From Carcharhinus longimanus (Eukaryota), in NCBI GenBank assembly GCA_030264375.1, contig JASCQW010000043.1, positions 60,412,789 through 60,476,788 on the forward strand: a DNA stretch of 64,000 nucleotides, in the 5' to 3' direction. Under the pieces are notes generated by a model. It was not told the DNA's origin. It did not search any database and was given only the letters and a program-made list of their open reading frames with translations. The position numbers and the translations under genes were made by a program. The first letter of the stretch is position 1. Each line of letters begins with the position of its first letter. Shown here piece by piece: positions 39,712 to 51,627 of the stretch.

Positions 39712-40060
39712 AATTTGCATTTATATACTATTTTTCATGACCACATGACATCCCCAAGTACTTTTCAGCCAATGAATGACTTTAGAACAATGACTAGACT
39801 ACAATAATGTAGGAAAATGGCAGCCAATTTGCACACAGCAAGCTCCCAGAAACAGCAATAATATTGACCAGATAATCTATTTTAGTGAAGTTGCATGAGT
39901 CACAAATGTTGCTCAGGACACCAGGGATAATCCCTCTGCTCTTGTTCAAAATAGTTTTTATGTCCACCTCAGTATAAAGTCTCGTCCCAAAGAGTGCACC
40001 TCCAACAGTGTAGCACCTCTCCTGTACTGTGCCAGAATCTAAACTTGGATCCTGGGCTCA
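39712..40060 (-). mobile_element. Deu-SINE-like copy
   Basis: Matches 29325-29640 ('caggacaccagggataatccctctgctcttgttcaaaatagt') and the 30541 tail. Confidence 0.65.
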
Positions 40061-40314
40061 ATTCCGTTTGAGCACGCCACTGTAATGAAGTCCCTCTCAT
40101 GCTCCTCCAGCTTGCCCCCAGTTGGATAAGAGCTCAGGTGCAAGAAAATGAAGGAAGAACAAAAAGAAAAAAATGGGAAAATTGGCTGCAAATAAGAGGG
40201 TGATGTTAAGAAAACAAAGTAAAATAATCATTGATATGTCGCTGGGCAATCCACAAATCTGTTTGAAACTTGATAATGGAACCAAGTGCAGATTATCCTG
40301 CAGTTCTCACTTAC

Positions 40315-40452
40315 CGATGACAGCTATGCCATTCCCATGAATAACGAGGTCTGCTTGGTAAGAAATCTGCTGTGCCTTGGTTCTTGACTCTCTGCGGGAA
40401 TCTTAGCAACACTCTCATATCATAGTCCCTGACGTCCGCACTGTAGGCTGAA
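40315..40452 (-). CDS. LOX: LOX exon 3 (138 nt)
   Basis: tag|T TCA GCC...TGT CAT CG|gtaagt; [45 protein letters not shown]. Not in the supplied ORF track. Confidence 0.97.
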
Positions 40453-41252
40453 CTACAAGGAAACAGTGTAGAGAGAGAACCATCACATACTAAACATCAT
40501 TTTAATATAAAAAAACACTCATTATATCTCAATGGATGAACAGACATGTTCAGGCTAACCTGGTGTAAGCTGAATCGAAAAACCAATGGCTGTTGTGAAA
40601 ATCTAAGTTTCAGACGCGTAAAAGCTGCCACGGTTACATTTATAATCTTTATTTGAATTGTACTTTGAAAGTGGCTAAGTTTTGGAAAACCAAGCGAATT
40701 TTTTTCATATCCTCAAGTCTTCATTTCTATCACATGGATAAGTCAGAAGAAATGATTCAAATGTATTCAGTTATTTCGCGTTCTGTTAAAGCCAAATGAT
40801 AGAAATGCGATCTTCTAAACTTAAAATATGTCGTTGCAAGAATTGTAGTCCTCTACACGTACACAGAAAATACAAATCCAGAAATGGGGGCTGGTATTGC
40901 TCCAAAAGTAATCTAATCCAATCCAGTCGTGCACACTATGCTCATGCTGCACTTTGCCGAAACCTCTTCAGCTCCGGATTCCGAATGCCCGCTGCTGCAC
41001 ATAGTTAACATTTACACCAAATTCAAAACCACTTCACAACCACATTACAGCTGATGCGCCAATACAGCTGCTAAGATTACTACTTTCTGTGACTGTTTTC
41101 CACTATAAGAGGCTGTCTGAGATCTTCCTTGTGCAGGCAATCTGGATGAGGTCGGGCAGGGAATTAAATAGCTAAAATGTCTTGAGGGGTTGAGAGAAGC
41201 TGCCGGTAAGAATTACAGTGCAAAGGAAGGAAACGAGTTAAGGGTGCAGTTA

Positions 41253-41441
<189 letters not shown>

Positions 41442-41565
41442 TTAATTAGGCATCAAAGCAAGCATAAGGGTGTATTTTCAATCGATTAACTGTTCCTATT
41501 TTCAGAAATTAAAAAAAGACAATGTTCTTTTCTAATAAATTCTAGGTTTTAGTAATAGGGCTTAC

Positions 41566-42334
41566 CATGCTGAAAGTACCTGGTACCGTACCCAGGTCTG
41601 CGGGGTCGAACCCTGGGTCTCTCGTATGTATCGTAGTAATTGTAGTAGGGATTGTCATCAGTTTGCTTATAGGGGTTATAAGGATCATCTCCGACCATGA
41701 CATCCTCATTGGCAGCCCTGCCAGGACTCTGGCCCGATGTGTCCTGGCCAGTTGCAGGTGGCTCCCTGCTACCTGGGTTGGTGGAGGAAGCGGCTGGGGT
41801 CTCCCGAGCCGCCTGCCCGGGTACCCCGCTGGCCCGAGCCCTAGCACCGGAGGGGTTCCGGGCTCCCGAAGACCTGGCACTATTGCTACTTGTGCTTTGC
41901 CACAACCGGCTGGCAGCTGTCCGCCTGGCGCCGGAGGTGCGCTGCTGGGATGTGGATGAGGGGGAGTCTCCCTGCTGTCGGGCGGCCCGGGCACCGGAGC
42001 TTCTTTGGGGGGACTGGGCTGAGGATGGGGCTCTCCTCCGGGAGTCCCTGGCGCTGTCGCTGCCCACCGTGCTGTTGGTGTCACTGTCACTCAGCAGGAA
42101 GAGGCTGTTGCTGCCGCTTGAGCCCTGGGGCGGCTGGTACTCGGAACCCAGGCTCAGCAAACTATAAACGCGCCCGTTGTTTCGCCATTGAATTCGCTGG
42201 CGCCAAACAGCCGCCGCCGAGCTCTCCCCTTCCTCCTGCTGCTGCTGCTGCTGTTGTCCATCGACGTCTCGAGCCAGGCAAGTCAAGTAAAGACCAAAAA
42301 GTTTGATTAAAGACATTAACGTTGGATAATTCAT
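41566..42334 (-). CDS. LOX: LOX exon 1 coding part (769 nt): signal peptide, propeptide, start of mature enzyme
   Basis: Hydrophobic N-terminus, 'WRQRIQWRNNGRVYSLLSLGSEYQPP', BMP1 site 'MVG/DDPYNPYK', 'DDNPYYNYYDTYERPR..RPGYGTRYFQHG'; donor G|gtaagc. Convergent neighbour SRFBP1 supports LOX over LOXL1/LOXL5. Confidence 0.96.
42236..42256 (-). repeat. CAA(CAG)6 coding microsatellite (Q7)
   Basis: Plus strand (ctg)6 ttg, just after the predicted signal peptide. Confidence 0.9.
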
Positions 42335-42524
42335 CTTTTTAAATCAAGGGAAGCGGGGAAATTGTAATTCCCCAGAAAATTTTTTTCAAATATATTTTAA
42401 ATGTAAAAGTCAATGTGATTCTTCAGAACATTATATATATATGTGCACACAGAATATAGCGAAGAGGATCAAGAGCCGGCTTGCCAAAAGTTGCAGCTGT
42501 ATAGAGTGCCTCACATTTTCTTGG

Positions 42525-42700
42525 TACTGTCTGGAGTGGAGAAGGAGGAAGGGATTTTAAAGTTGCTGGCACATTCGCAAAGTTACACAACCTGCTCCCA
42601 GGCTACTCGCTATTTGTTCACGTAATGCCTAAGAACGTGCAGTTTGACAGTTCCCCTCCATCCTCGCTCCCTTCCTCCACTCCAGCCGACACGAAGGAAT
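42525..42700 (-). promoter_or_regulatory. LOX core promoter / 5' UTR element with two RCGTG (HRE core) motifs
   Basis: TACGTG (minus, 42619-42624) and ACGTG (plus, 42635-42639). The minus-strand sequence resembles the 5' end of human LOX mRNA as recalled. Confidence 0.65.
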
Positions 42701-44867
42701 TTCATGGCCCCAGACAACCATCCGTTTTGCGGCTCGCCAACTAACCGGTGGGTTGTGCCAAAGTATGCACACACACAAAAAAATTAGATCATCATGCGGA
42801 ACAGCATGCCGATCCAGGCAAAACTTAATAACACATGGCGCGGAGGTTTGAGGGAGTTGAAGGGTGCCTCAGGGCGGCTGTGATTGAGGTTTGATCGCCG
42901 CATGTGCCATGTTATGTTGTCTTGCCATCAGAAAGCAGAACACCAGCCAGAGAANNNNNNNNNNAATTAGAGACGGAAAACAGTATGTGGTCGTCTTGTG
43001 GTTTATGTACCTTAATTTTAAAGCAAACCCCGTTTCACTCATTTCTAAGGGGCGGGGTTGTGTCTCTAATTTCAAGTTTAGTCTAGTTGAAGAATTTAGC
43101 TTCTCATCGATGCCAGTGGACTTACCATCACCTTAATTATGTTAATTTTACTGTAAAGACCCAGATATATACAAGCTATTTAGGATCTTAATGTGTATCA
43201 AATATTTTAGATCCCTACTGTTACATCTGAAAACAGATGTTAAAATTGACTGGATGGGACCTGTGTTAGTGTATGAAATGGGGAACTCATTACAGATCTC
43301 ATCAAAGCAAACTTTAGGCCACCTCAGTTTCAATTAACATCTAATCATATAAACTCTGAAGTTAGATAAGTAATTAATGGTCGTCTGAAGACCGTTACTT
43401 AAATCTGAAAACAAATTTGATTCTGGATGAAGTGAGGTTTTGCCTTTACGAGCGTGGTTATAAATTCTTACGTTTTGGAGAAAAAAACCTGTTGACTTTT
43501 AGTGATATTTGTCATTTTGAGACATGGGCGCCTCTGACCAAATTATCTAAATGTTTTTCCCCATTTTTAGAATTGACATGTTTTTGTAGGGAGTGCCTGC
43601 TTTCTACAGGGACAGAAAATGATCAGTTACAAAATGTGGAATATAATTGGTTACTGTTTATGTCTGAAACCGTAAATAGCACAGGACAAATAACTATCTG
43701 GAAAATGCCACACGGGTCAATATTTGTGTCTTCACTTTTCATTTGAATACTGTAATTCAGTTTAAAGAACCGCCAAAATAACCCTGATGAAAGTCATAAA
43801 GTGAAGCTGAGGAAACCAGTGCGGTCTCGTGTGGAAATTAATGTCGAAAGATTTGTTTGATTAAGGATGACTGAAACAGTTTCTAGCGGTATTAATGTTT
43901 TCAGAAACTCATCTATAACACTCATAGACAGTACACTTCCACACTCCCCCAATACAACCAAAAAGTCATGTGTGATTTTATCAATTCTTTTCGATATAAT
44001 TCAGACCAATCTTCAATCTTTAAACTCTCTTTGAACGGTATTTTAGCGGTTGAAGTCTCCGGGTTACATGTTCTCTCCGCTGTGGAAAAGAATTTCGCTG
44101 GGCAAGTTTTCGTTCGGAGAAATCCGAGACCTTTCATTAAAATGAATTCATTGCTCACCGCGATTCCTCCAACTTTTGTGTAAAGAAAACTAAATTCCGT
44201 TCAAACATGATCAGTCTTAGCTCTGCGCTAATTGAACCGTCACCCATCCAAAACCACCTCAGTAGTCACTAGGATACAATATATATTAAAGTAGATTAAA
44301 GTAGTAAATATATATTCAAGTAGTTTATATTACAGTTTTGTCAACTACGGTTAGAAGTGTAAATCTGAACCGGTTCCAGCCAGTATCTTCGCTCAGAGAC
44401 GATTTCACTGCATTTCCTCATTCTCTCTAACTGGTGTGTGTGTATCCGCGTTTGCGCCACACAGTGTCTCACTTCAGTATTACTTTCCTGGTGCCCCCGT
44501 TTCCATTATGTTGACGAGACCAGATCAAAACATGTTCGTTTCAAACACTTCATTTATAGCTGTGAAACTTGACGTAAGTTTATTGCACAATAAACAACTG
44601 ACAGCATTCGTTAAACATCCATTTCCCCCAAAAAAACATTATTTGTAACGCTCCAGTAATACAAAAGCATCAGCAGACATGTGAAGCCAGATTTTTTTCC
44701 CTCGATTTGCTTCTTGTAACTCTGTACAACAATTCCCAAAGGAATTGTGGCATTTTTGGCACATCAGTTATCCGCAGCAGCCATTCGAAATTGTATACCC
44801 CGGAAACACTTAGAAATCCGAAGTGTTGAGTAATTTGCAAATACATCTGACTGCAGATACTTCTATT

Positions 44868-45195
44868 TGGGAGGCAGCGTTGTTGTCCTTTGCTTTTAAC
44901 AGTTCTGGTAACATTTAATGACTTTGGGTCTTGGATTCGACTCGTTTGCTACTACTGGGGTTATTTAACCGCATTTTACATTGTTTCTTTTGGATCATTG
45001 TCTGTGTGGAGTTTGCACGTTCTCCCCGTGTCTGCATGGGTTGCCTCTGGGTGCTCCGGTTTCGTCCCATATTCTGAAGGACGTACTGGTTAGGTGGCAT
45101 TGACCCAAACAGGCACTGGACTGTGGTGACTAGGGGAATTTCACAGTAACTTCATTGCAGTGTAAGCCTTACCTGTGACTAATAAATTAACTTTA
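44868..45195 (+). mobile_element. V-SINE copy
   Basis: V-domain 'tctgtgtggagtttgcacgttctccccgtgtctgcatgggtt.cctctgggtgctccggtttc'; tail 'cacagtaacttcattgcagtgt..gtgactaataaa' is shared with 58663. Confidence 0.8.
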
Positions 45196-45212
45196 AACCT
45201 TTTAGATATCTA

Positions 45213-46040
45213 GCTAAGAAAGCCCATCAACTTTTTCAGAAGACTAAGGAAATTTCGCATGTCAGCTATGACTCTCATCCCATTTACAGATGCACTATAG
45301 AAAGCATTTTTTCTGGTTGTATCACTGCTTGGTATGGCTCCTGCTCTGTCCAAGACTGCAAGAAGCACGCACAATCTCACATTTCTCAGGCCAAGATAGA
45401 AGAATCATTCATGTGTGGGGATGGAATTAAATATATCCTTTATGTTTATGAGATCACAGAATTACCACTGATAGGAAAACCAGTTTGCTCATCTGATCCT
45501 ATTGACCCCAGAAAGACTCTATTGTTCTCCATCACACCACATAACTGTTTCATTTTTAGGTAGTCACTTGATGTTGAGAAAAGAGACATGCTGCAGAAGT
45601 TTTTCATCTTGCACTCATCAGGATAGATTCACAAGAATTTTAGTATTCTTACAAATCTGTCATCATGAATGTAGCCCAATCCAACATGCAAACCAGCTCC
45701 CATCCATTGACTTGATCTACACTTCCCGCTGCCTCGGCAAAGCAGCCAGCATAATTAAGGGTCCCACGCACCCCAGACATTCTTCCACCACCTTCCTTCG
45801 GGAAAAAGATATCAAAGTCTGAGGTCACGTACCAACTGACTCAAGAACAGCTTCTTCCCTGTTGTTGTCAGACTTCTGAATGGACTTATCTTGCATTAAG
45901 TTGATCTTTCTCTAGCTATGACTGTAACACTACATTCTGCACTTTCTTGTTTTGTTCTGTAAGAACAGTATGTTTTGTCTGTACAGCGTGCAAGAAACAA
46001 TATTTTTCACTGTATGTTAATACATGTGATAATAAATCAA
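45213..46040 (+). mobile_element. Rex1/Babar-type LINE 3' fragment, interrupted at 45366-45665
   Basis: 'RRLRKF.MS', 'YRCTIESIFSGCITAWYGSCSVQD', then 'LPSIDLIYTSRCLGKAASIIKGPTHP', 'LKNSFFP'. Confidence 0.8.
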
Positions 46041-46691
46041 ATTAATTTCGTTGCTGCTTAGTGTGTGCCATCTAGTGTCGACTGACATATTAGTCTTCCA
46101 AGTTTCAGGTGAAAATAAATTCTACACGATTCATTCATTAATGCTTCTACTTTGAGTGTATGTGTATTACTGATTCCCGGTGTCAGCCAGAATTCTCGCA
46201 ACAAACTTTGTACAATTCTTCAGCTAAAAACAATCAATGGAAATTATAACTCAACCACATTCATGTTTATGAAGTTAATCTCTGCATCTTCAAATCTACC
46301 GAATATTGTTGTTATAAAGTATCAGCATTTATATTTGGATGCTTGCAGCAGGATTATCCTCTTGCCTTCTTACACACATAATCTCACATTCTCAGACCAA
46401 GATAGAAGAACCATTTATGTCTGGGGATGGAATTAAATATATCTTTTGTATGTTGATGAGATCATAGAATTACTACAGATAGAAAAAACAGTTTGTTTAT
46501 CTGATCCCACTGACCCCAGAAAGACTCTGTGGTTCCCCATCACACCACATAACTGTTTCATTTTTAGGTAGTCACTTGGTAGTACAGCATTGCTGAGAAA
46601 AGAGATATGCTGCTGAAGCTTTTCATCTTGCACTCATCAGGATAGATTCACAAGAGATTTTGGTGTTCTTACAAATCAGTCATGATGAGTG
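45366..46691. repeat. Direct repeat pair of ~305-320 bp, 45366-45671 and 46373-46691
   Basis: Colinear alignment throughout; each copy ends in a family A Penelope-like hairpin. Confidence 0.95.
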
Positions 46692-46706
46692 CAAGATGGA
46701 AAGCTT
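46589..46706. mobile_element. Penelope-like mini fold-back (family A) with hammerhead-like core
   Basis: Minus 46640-46615: CTGATGA-gtgcaagat-GAAA-agct-tc; inverted partner at about 46677-46706. Confidence 0.65.
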
Positions 46707-47329
46707 TTTTGGGATATTTAATTTTTGCTTACATTCATCAAGGTAAGGGATGCAGGTACCAGGTCTTTTGTCCGTGCACCTGCTTGCACTGGTGATGTAT
46801 AGCACAATCAGGTTTAGAATAATGCACCTCCTAATCTGCTCCAACAACATGGCACAACCTTAAGATCAGGAGAATCACCCCGCCCCATGAGCTTTTTTAT
46901 ACCAGTGTAGCATCTTGTTTGCTATTCTAGATTTGCACATTTGTGCTGCATTGAAGGCAATTTTGTGCTGTAGGCAAATAGCCACTAACAGCTAGATTAA
47001 GAATACCTAAACAGATTTCACATGAATTCTTTTACATTCCTTTTATTTTTTGAATTATTTTAAGGCTTTTGCTTCTGCTATCCTATCTGGAAGTCATATT
47101 CCATATATTGATTACTATTGGTGAAGTATTTCCTGACATCGTTTTCAGTTTCCTCAATTTGAGCAAACATTTACGCACATTTGCTCCACATGTCACCCAC
47201 AAAAATCTATCATTCTCAGTTTCAAAATTAACAATTATAAATTGTCATTTGCACTTTAATTGCTCATTGCATGAAGAAGTATTTCCTAATTTTACCCAAG
47301 ACCTTTCATTAAAATGTATTCATTGCTCA

Positions 47330-47700
47330 CCAATGGTAATTTTTTGACTATGACACCCAGATCCCCAATTATTCGAATTGTTTATTCCAATGGAACTTAT
47401 CTGTTTCTCTTAATATCCTGAAAGTTATGTTCAAATCATCATCCCTTATTGTTTTAAGTATCAGAGAGTACAAACCTAGTTTGTTTAATCTCTTCTCACA
47501 TTTGATTCTTGAAGTCCAGGTGTCATTCTGGTAAATCTGTGCTGCACTCCCTTTAAAGGCAAAAGTATCTTTCCTAAGGTTTGGTATCCAGACTGATCAC
47601 AGTACATTAGATGTGGTCGAATCAGGCTTTGTATGGTTGAAGTATGACTTCTCCCCTTTGTATTCTATTCCTCATGATATAAATGAGCCTTTTGATTATC
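47330..47700 (-). mobile_element. Old CR1 fragment
   Basis: 'agagagtacaaacctagtttgtttaatctcttctca', 'tcattctggtaaatctgtgctgcactccct', 'ccagactgatcacagtac'. Confidence 0.7.
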
Positions 47701-48154
47701 TTCTGTCCTTGCTTGATTTTTTTGGTTGTTTGTTTGAGCTTGTAAACTTGACAATTTGTTATGGCTTAATAGAAGTAATATTTACCTTTCCTGATTTAAT
47801 TTTATGAGTAGTGTGCAGTTAAAGATTTGAGAGGCTGGATTGTTTAATTTAATAAATACATTCAAGGTTATTGCTCAATTATTCTCTATGGACAAATGCT
47901 CAAAAATTAAAGTACCAAAATCTGGTCATTGTGGCCAGTTGTTAGTTTTATTCAAGAGTAATCCAGATATATTGCTTACTTTTTGATTTTGTATTGCATT
48001 TTGTAAACTGAGTCTTAAGCAATTTATTTCAAGGCACATTGTCAAAATTGAAAACTTCTTGTTACATTTTAGGGTTTGTGAGGTTATCTTATCAAATTCA
48101 GTATTATCAGTTGCTCCTGTGAACGACCCATGCTTCTTGTTCTTATAGGTTGAC

Positions 48155-48410
48155 TCTTTTTTGTATTTATTCTTTCATGAGTTGTAGGCATTGCTGGCAA
48201 AGCCAGCATTTGTATCCATCCCTATTGGCCCTCAAATTGAGTAACTTGCTCAGCTATTTCAGGGGGCATGAAAGAAGCAATAACATCTGGAGTTACATGT
48301 AGGCCAAACAAAATAAGGGTGGCGGATTTCCCTACCTACAGGATATTAGTGAACCAGATGAGTTTTTACAGCAATCAATGGTAACCGTAATGGTCAACAT
48401 TACTAAGACT
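48155..48410 (-). mobile_element. SINE fragment (37220 family)
   Basis: 'tgtaggcattgctggcaaagccagcattt', 'tctggagttacatgtaggcca', 'attagtgaaccagatgagttttt'. Confidence 0.7.
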
Positions 48411-49199
48411 TCCCTCATGAAGCAAGATAGATATTCCTGCCTTTTTATGTGAAAGACATTTTTAACTTTATATTCTTTAACAAAAACTTGAGGTTGTAAC
48501 TTCCTCAGAGTGGCAATCGGCATCAGATTGCTACTCTATACCCACTTATCTGCACCAAGTTTTTTCCATGTCTGTCTTGCCAACCTTCCTGACTCAGACT
48601 GACAAGATCCAGACAGCACAGTTTCACCNNNNNNNNNNNNNNNNNNNNNNNNNNNNNNNNNNNNNNNNNNNNNNNNNNNNNNNNNNNNNNNNNNNNNNNN
48701 NNNNNNNNNNNNNNNNNNNNNNNNNNNNNNNNNNNNNNNNNNNNNNNNNNNNNNNNNNNNNNNNNNNNNNNNNNNNNNNNNNNNNNNNNNNNNNNNNNNN
48801 NNNNNNNNNNNNNNNNNNNNNNNNNNNNNNNNNNNNNNNNNNNNNNNNNNNNNNNNNNNNNNNNNNNNNNNNNNNNNNNNNNNNNNNNNNNNNNNNNNNN
48901 NNNNNNNNNNNNNNNNNNNNNACAGGATTTGTACAAAACTGGGGCTTGAGACCAGGTCAATTAAATCCAGAAGACAAACTTTACAGCTTCTCCCGCCGAC
49001 AGAAACTCTTGTTCCTGCCAAAGCCAATGAATGGAGTTTTGAATGGCTCGCTGCATTTAACGGCCTTGCCCGTCCCACAACGGGACCATAAAATTCTTCC
49101 CATAGACTGTAAAACAGATTCCTGGAACATTCCAGCATTTCAACAAAGAAGATTTTATGTTAGATTTTACTATAAATTATTGGGAAATCTATATGAGTA

Positions 49200-50700
49200 T
49201 CTTTGAGGCTCAGCTCTTTGTTGAAAAGGAGGATGGAGTCACCCCTGAAATAGTTGAGAAAAGATTATTTAAAAGCTGTAACAGAGTACATGGAGATGAA
49301 CATAAGATCAGGAGGTAAAAAAGATTGGACCCTCAAAGATCCGCCAGGCACCTGGAGCTCAAGGAAGGAAGGACCAGTTCTGTGAGTGATTGAGTATAAC
49401 TGGCCAGAATCAAAAAAGAAATAGAAATAATAGATTTAGATTTAGAAAGAAATTAGCAAGAAAGAAAATGAAGAAGGAGATAGGGAAAGAGATAAAGAGA
49501 TGAAAAAACTCAATTTGAATGAGTTCAAATACAAGAATTTGATTTGATGAGAAGAGGCCAGGCTAATTCTTAATTTTGATTGGGCAAAAAATTTTTCCTT
49601 CATACCTAAATGTTGTGAGGAGGGAGAGGAGATGTGTAATTCAAGCAAATTGCCACAAATTGGAATTGGTCAAAAGAATACTGGGCTATGCTCTGGCAAA
49701 GTGTTTTGGGAGAGAAGGTTTTGGAGTGCACACACCTCTTTCAGCAAAACATTTGTGTGATTACAAGGGAGTATAAGAGTACAGTCAATGCTTCTGAGTT
49801 ACTGCTGGAGCCTACAGGCAACATTTAGAAATTTGATAACAAGAACAGGCCAGAACAATGTAAAATTTGCTAGGGAAAAGAAAATGGTCTTAGATTGGTG
49901 TATGTTGATGGAAGTGGAGGAATTCAAAAGTAGTGTCCCTTCGGGGTTAAGGATTTGCCTGGTTGACCACAAGATGGCAAATGATTATGAGTTAGCGCAT
50001 AATATAATTAGTGACAGGTCCCAGTTTGGGAACTTCAGGAGAAACTGGGATGAGAGGAAAGTTGTCGATGAGAAGTGGTCAGACGTTGCTGCGAAAGGGG
50101 AAGAAGGTAAAGAATCAGGTCCTTCTAGGGTTAACAGAAGTGAAGGATCACAGGATAAGTATAGTTAAAGAGAATTACTTTCATCACAAGAAAGGACATG
50201 CGATGGCTGAATATAGGACGTGGAAAAATAAACCTGGAGCAATTATAAAGTTGCACAGTGCTCCGCCACAAAAAAAGTGTCCTGGTAGGTAAAACCTATG
50301 GCAAGTAGGTTTCTCCCATGTTCACTGAGGGAATGAATCTGGGAACAGGAGATTATAGGAGTGAGGGTAAAAGGTATCCAGTGAGGCAGGCAAGTCAATT
50401 GTTATCCTTAGGGACATGGGGACAACACAATTACTGATGTTGGTCAATGATGAGGTATTACCCTCAGATAATTTGTTGAATGCTAAGGTTCAGGGAAATG
50501 AAAACTAATCACCCAGACTCCTGTGTAGAGTTAATTTAAGATGTGCCTTAGTTACTGGTCCTGTAATTGTTGGTCTTGTTCCTAATTCACCTGTTGATTA
50601 TGTGCAGATTTCTTATTCGTAAATAACTTGGCTAGGGATGTGGTTGTTGCCATCTGCAATGGTTTCAGAAAAGCTCGCTGAGGCGTTTGAAACTGGAGTT
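49200..50700 (+). mobile_element. Degenerate Gypsy (Gmr1-like) LTR retrotransposon gag-protease region
   Basis: SCAN-like 'FRNL..GQNNVKFAREK..LDWC..VEEFKSSVPSGLRI', knuckle remnant 'YFHHKKGHAMAEY', protease-like 'IVILRDMGTTQLLML' and 'LVTGPVIVGLVP'. Confidence 0.7.
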
Positions 50701-51627
50701 GTACAGGCAAAGTAGAGTGACTTAAAAGAGTCTGTGGGCAGGATTTTCCACTGCATCGCCCCAAAGCCAGAAGATCCCACCCGAGTTCAATGGACCTTTG
50801 CATGATCCGTGTCCTGCCCACTATAATTCCCATGGTGGTGGGGGAGCGAACCGTGAAAATTCTGTCATGTGACTTTTTGTAAATCTGCAAAAGTTAATAT
50901 TACAATTAAATATGTCTTTACAGAGCCAGAAACTCAACCAGTTGATTTAAAAATTACATTGGAGCACCAGACTGCAAAGGAAAGGTTAATGGCAGTTGGA
51001 GATGATGTAAAGCTAATTGAATTAAAAATGTAGAAAAGCTATGAATAAGATGAAGCAAAGCAGCTAGTAACAGTACTCAGAGTTAATGTTGAAAAAAAGG
51101 GAAATTGTCGGTGGAAAAAGGAAGTCCAATGTGAGCAATATAGAGTTGTAAGCTAAGATACATTTTCTGTACTGTAAATTAACGCTTCAAAACTAAGAGC
51201 CAATTGTTGCTATAATGGAATTAGATAAAGCTTAAAGAAGGAGGATAAAAAACCAAAGAGAAATTAAGGAAATTTGGGAATTAAATAAAAATAATATCAA
51301 GCTTTCTTAGGTGAATGACCTGAGTAAAGTTTTTAATACAGCTAAAGAGGATTTTACTCAACAGAAAAATGAAATTCTTGCACCGAAGTAGGCAGTGTTA
51401 AACCCGTGACTCCTGAAGGTGAAAACTAAAGGTTTAAGAAATGCAAAGAACTCAAAATTAAAAATGATCCTAAATTGTAAAGGGATGTTTGAAGAGCACT
51501 TTCATGGGCTTATTTGTATTATAAACAAATCAATTGTAATTTTGTTGGATAAGAAATACTGGTCCACATTACACAGCAAACCTGGACCTTGAAGCAGTGC
51601 CAATAGAAAGGAAGCTAAAAAAGAAGT

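Noticed and set aside
41542-42306. Overlapping ORFs of 130-182 aa on both strands over LOX exon 1
   Set aside because: Shadow frames of a GC-rich coding exon; no recognisable protein.
50735-50865. Short GC-rich MITE-like pieces (also about 13890-14290, 34550-34650, 35270-35405, 49020-49100, 62693-62830)
   Set aside because: Probably Harbinger-type MITE remnants, but TIRs and TSDs are too decayed to delimit by eye.
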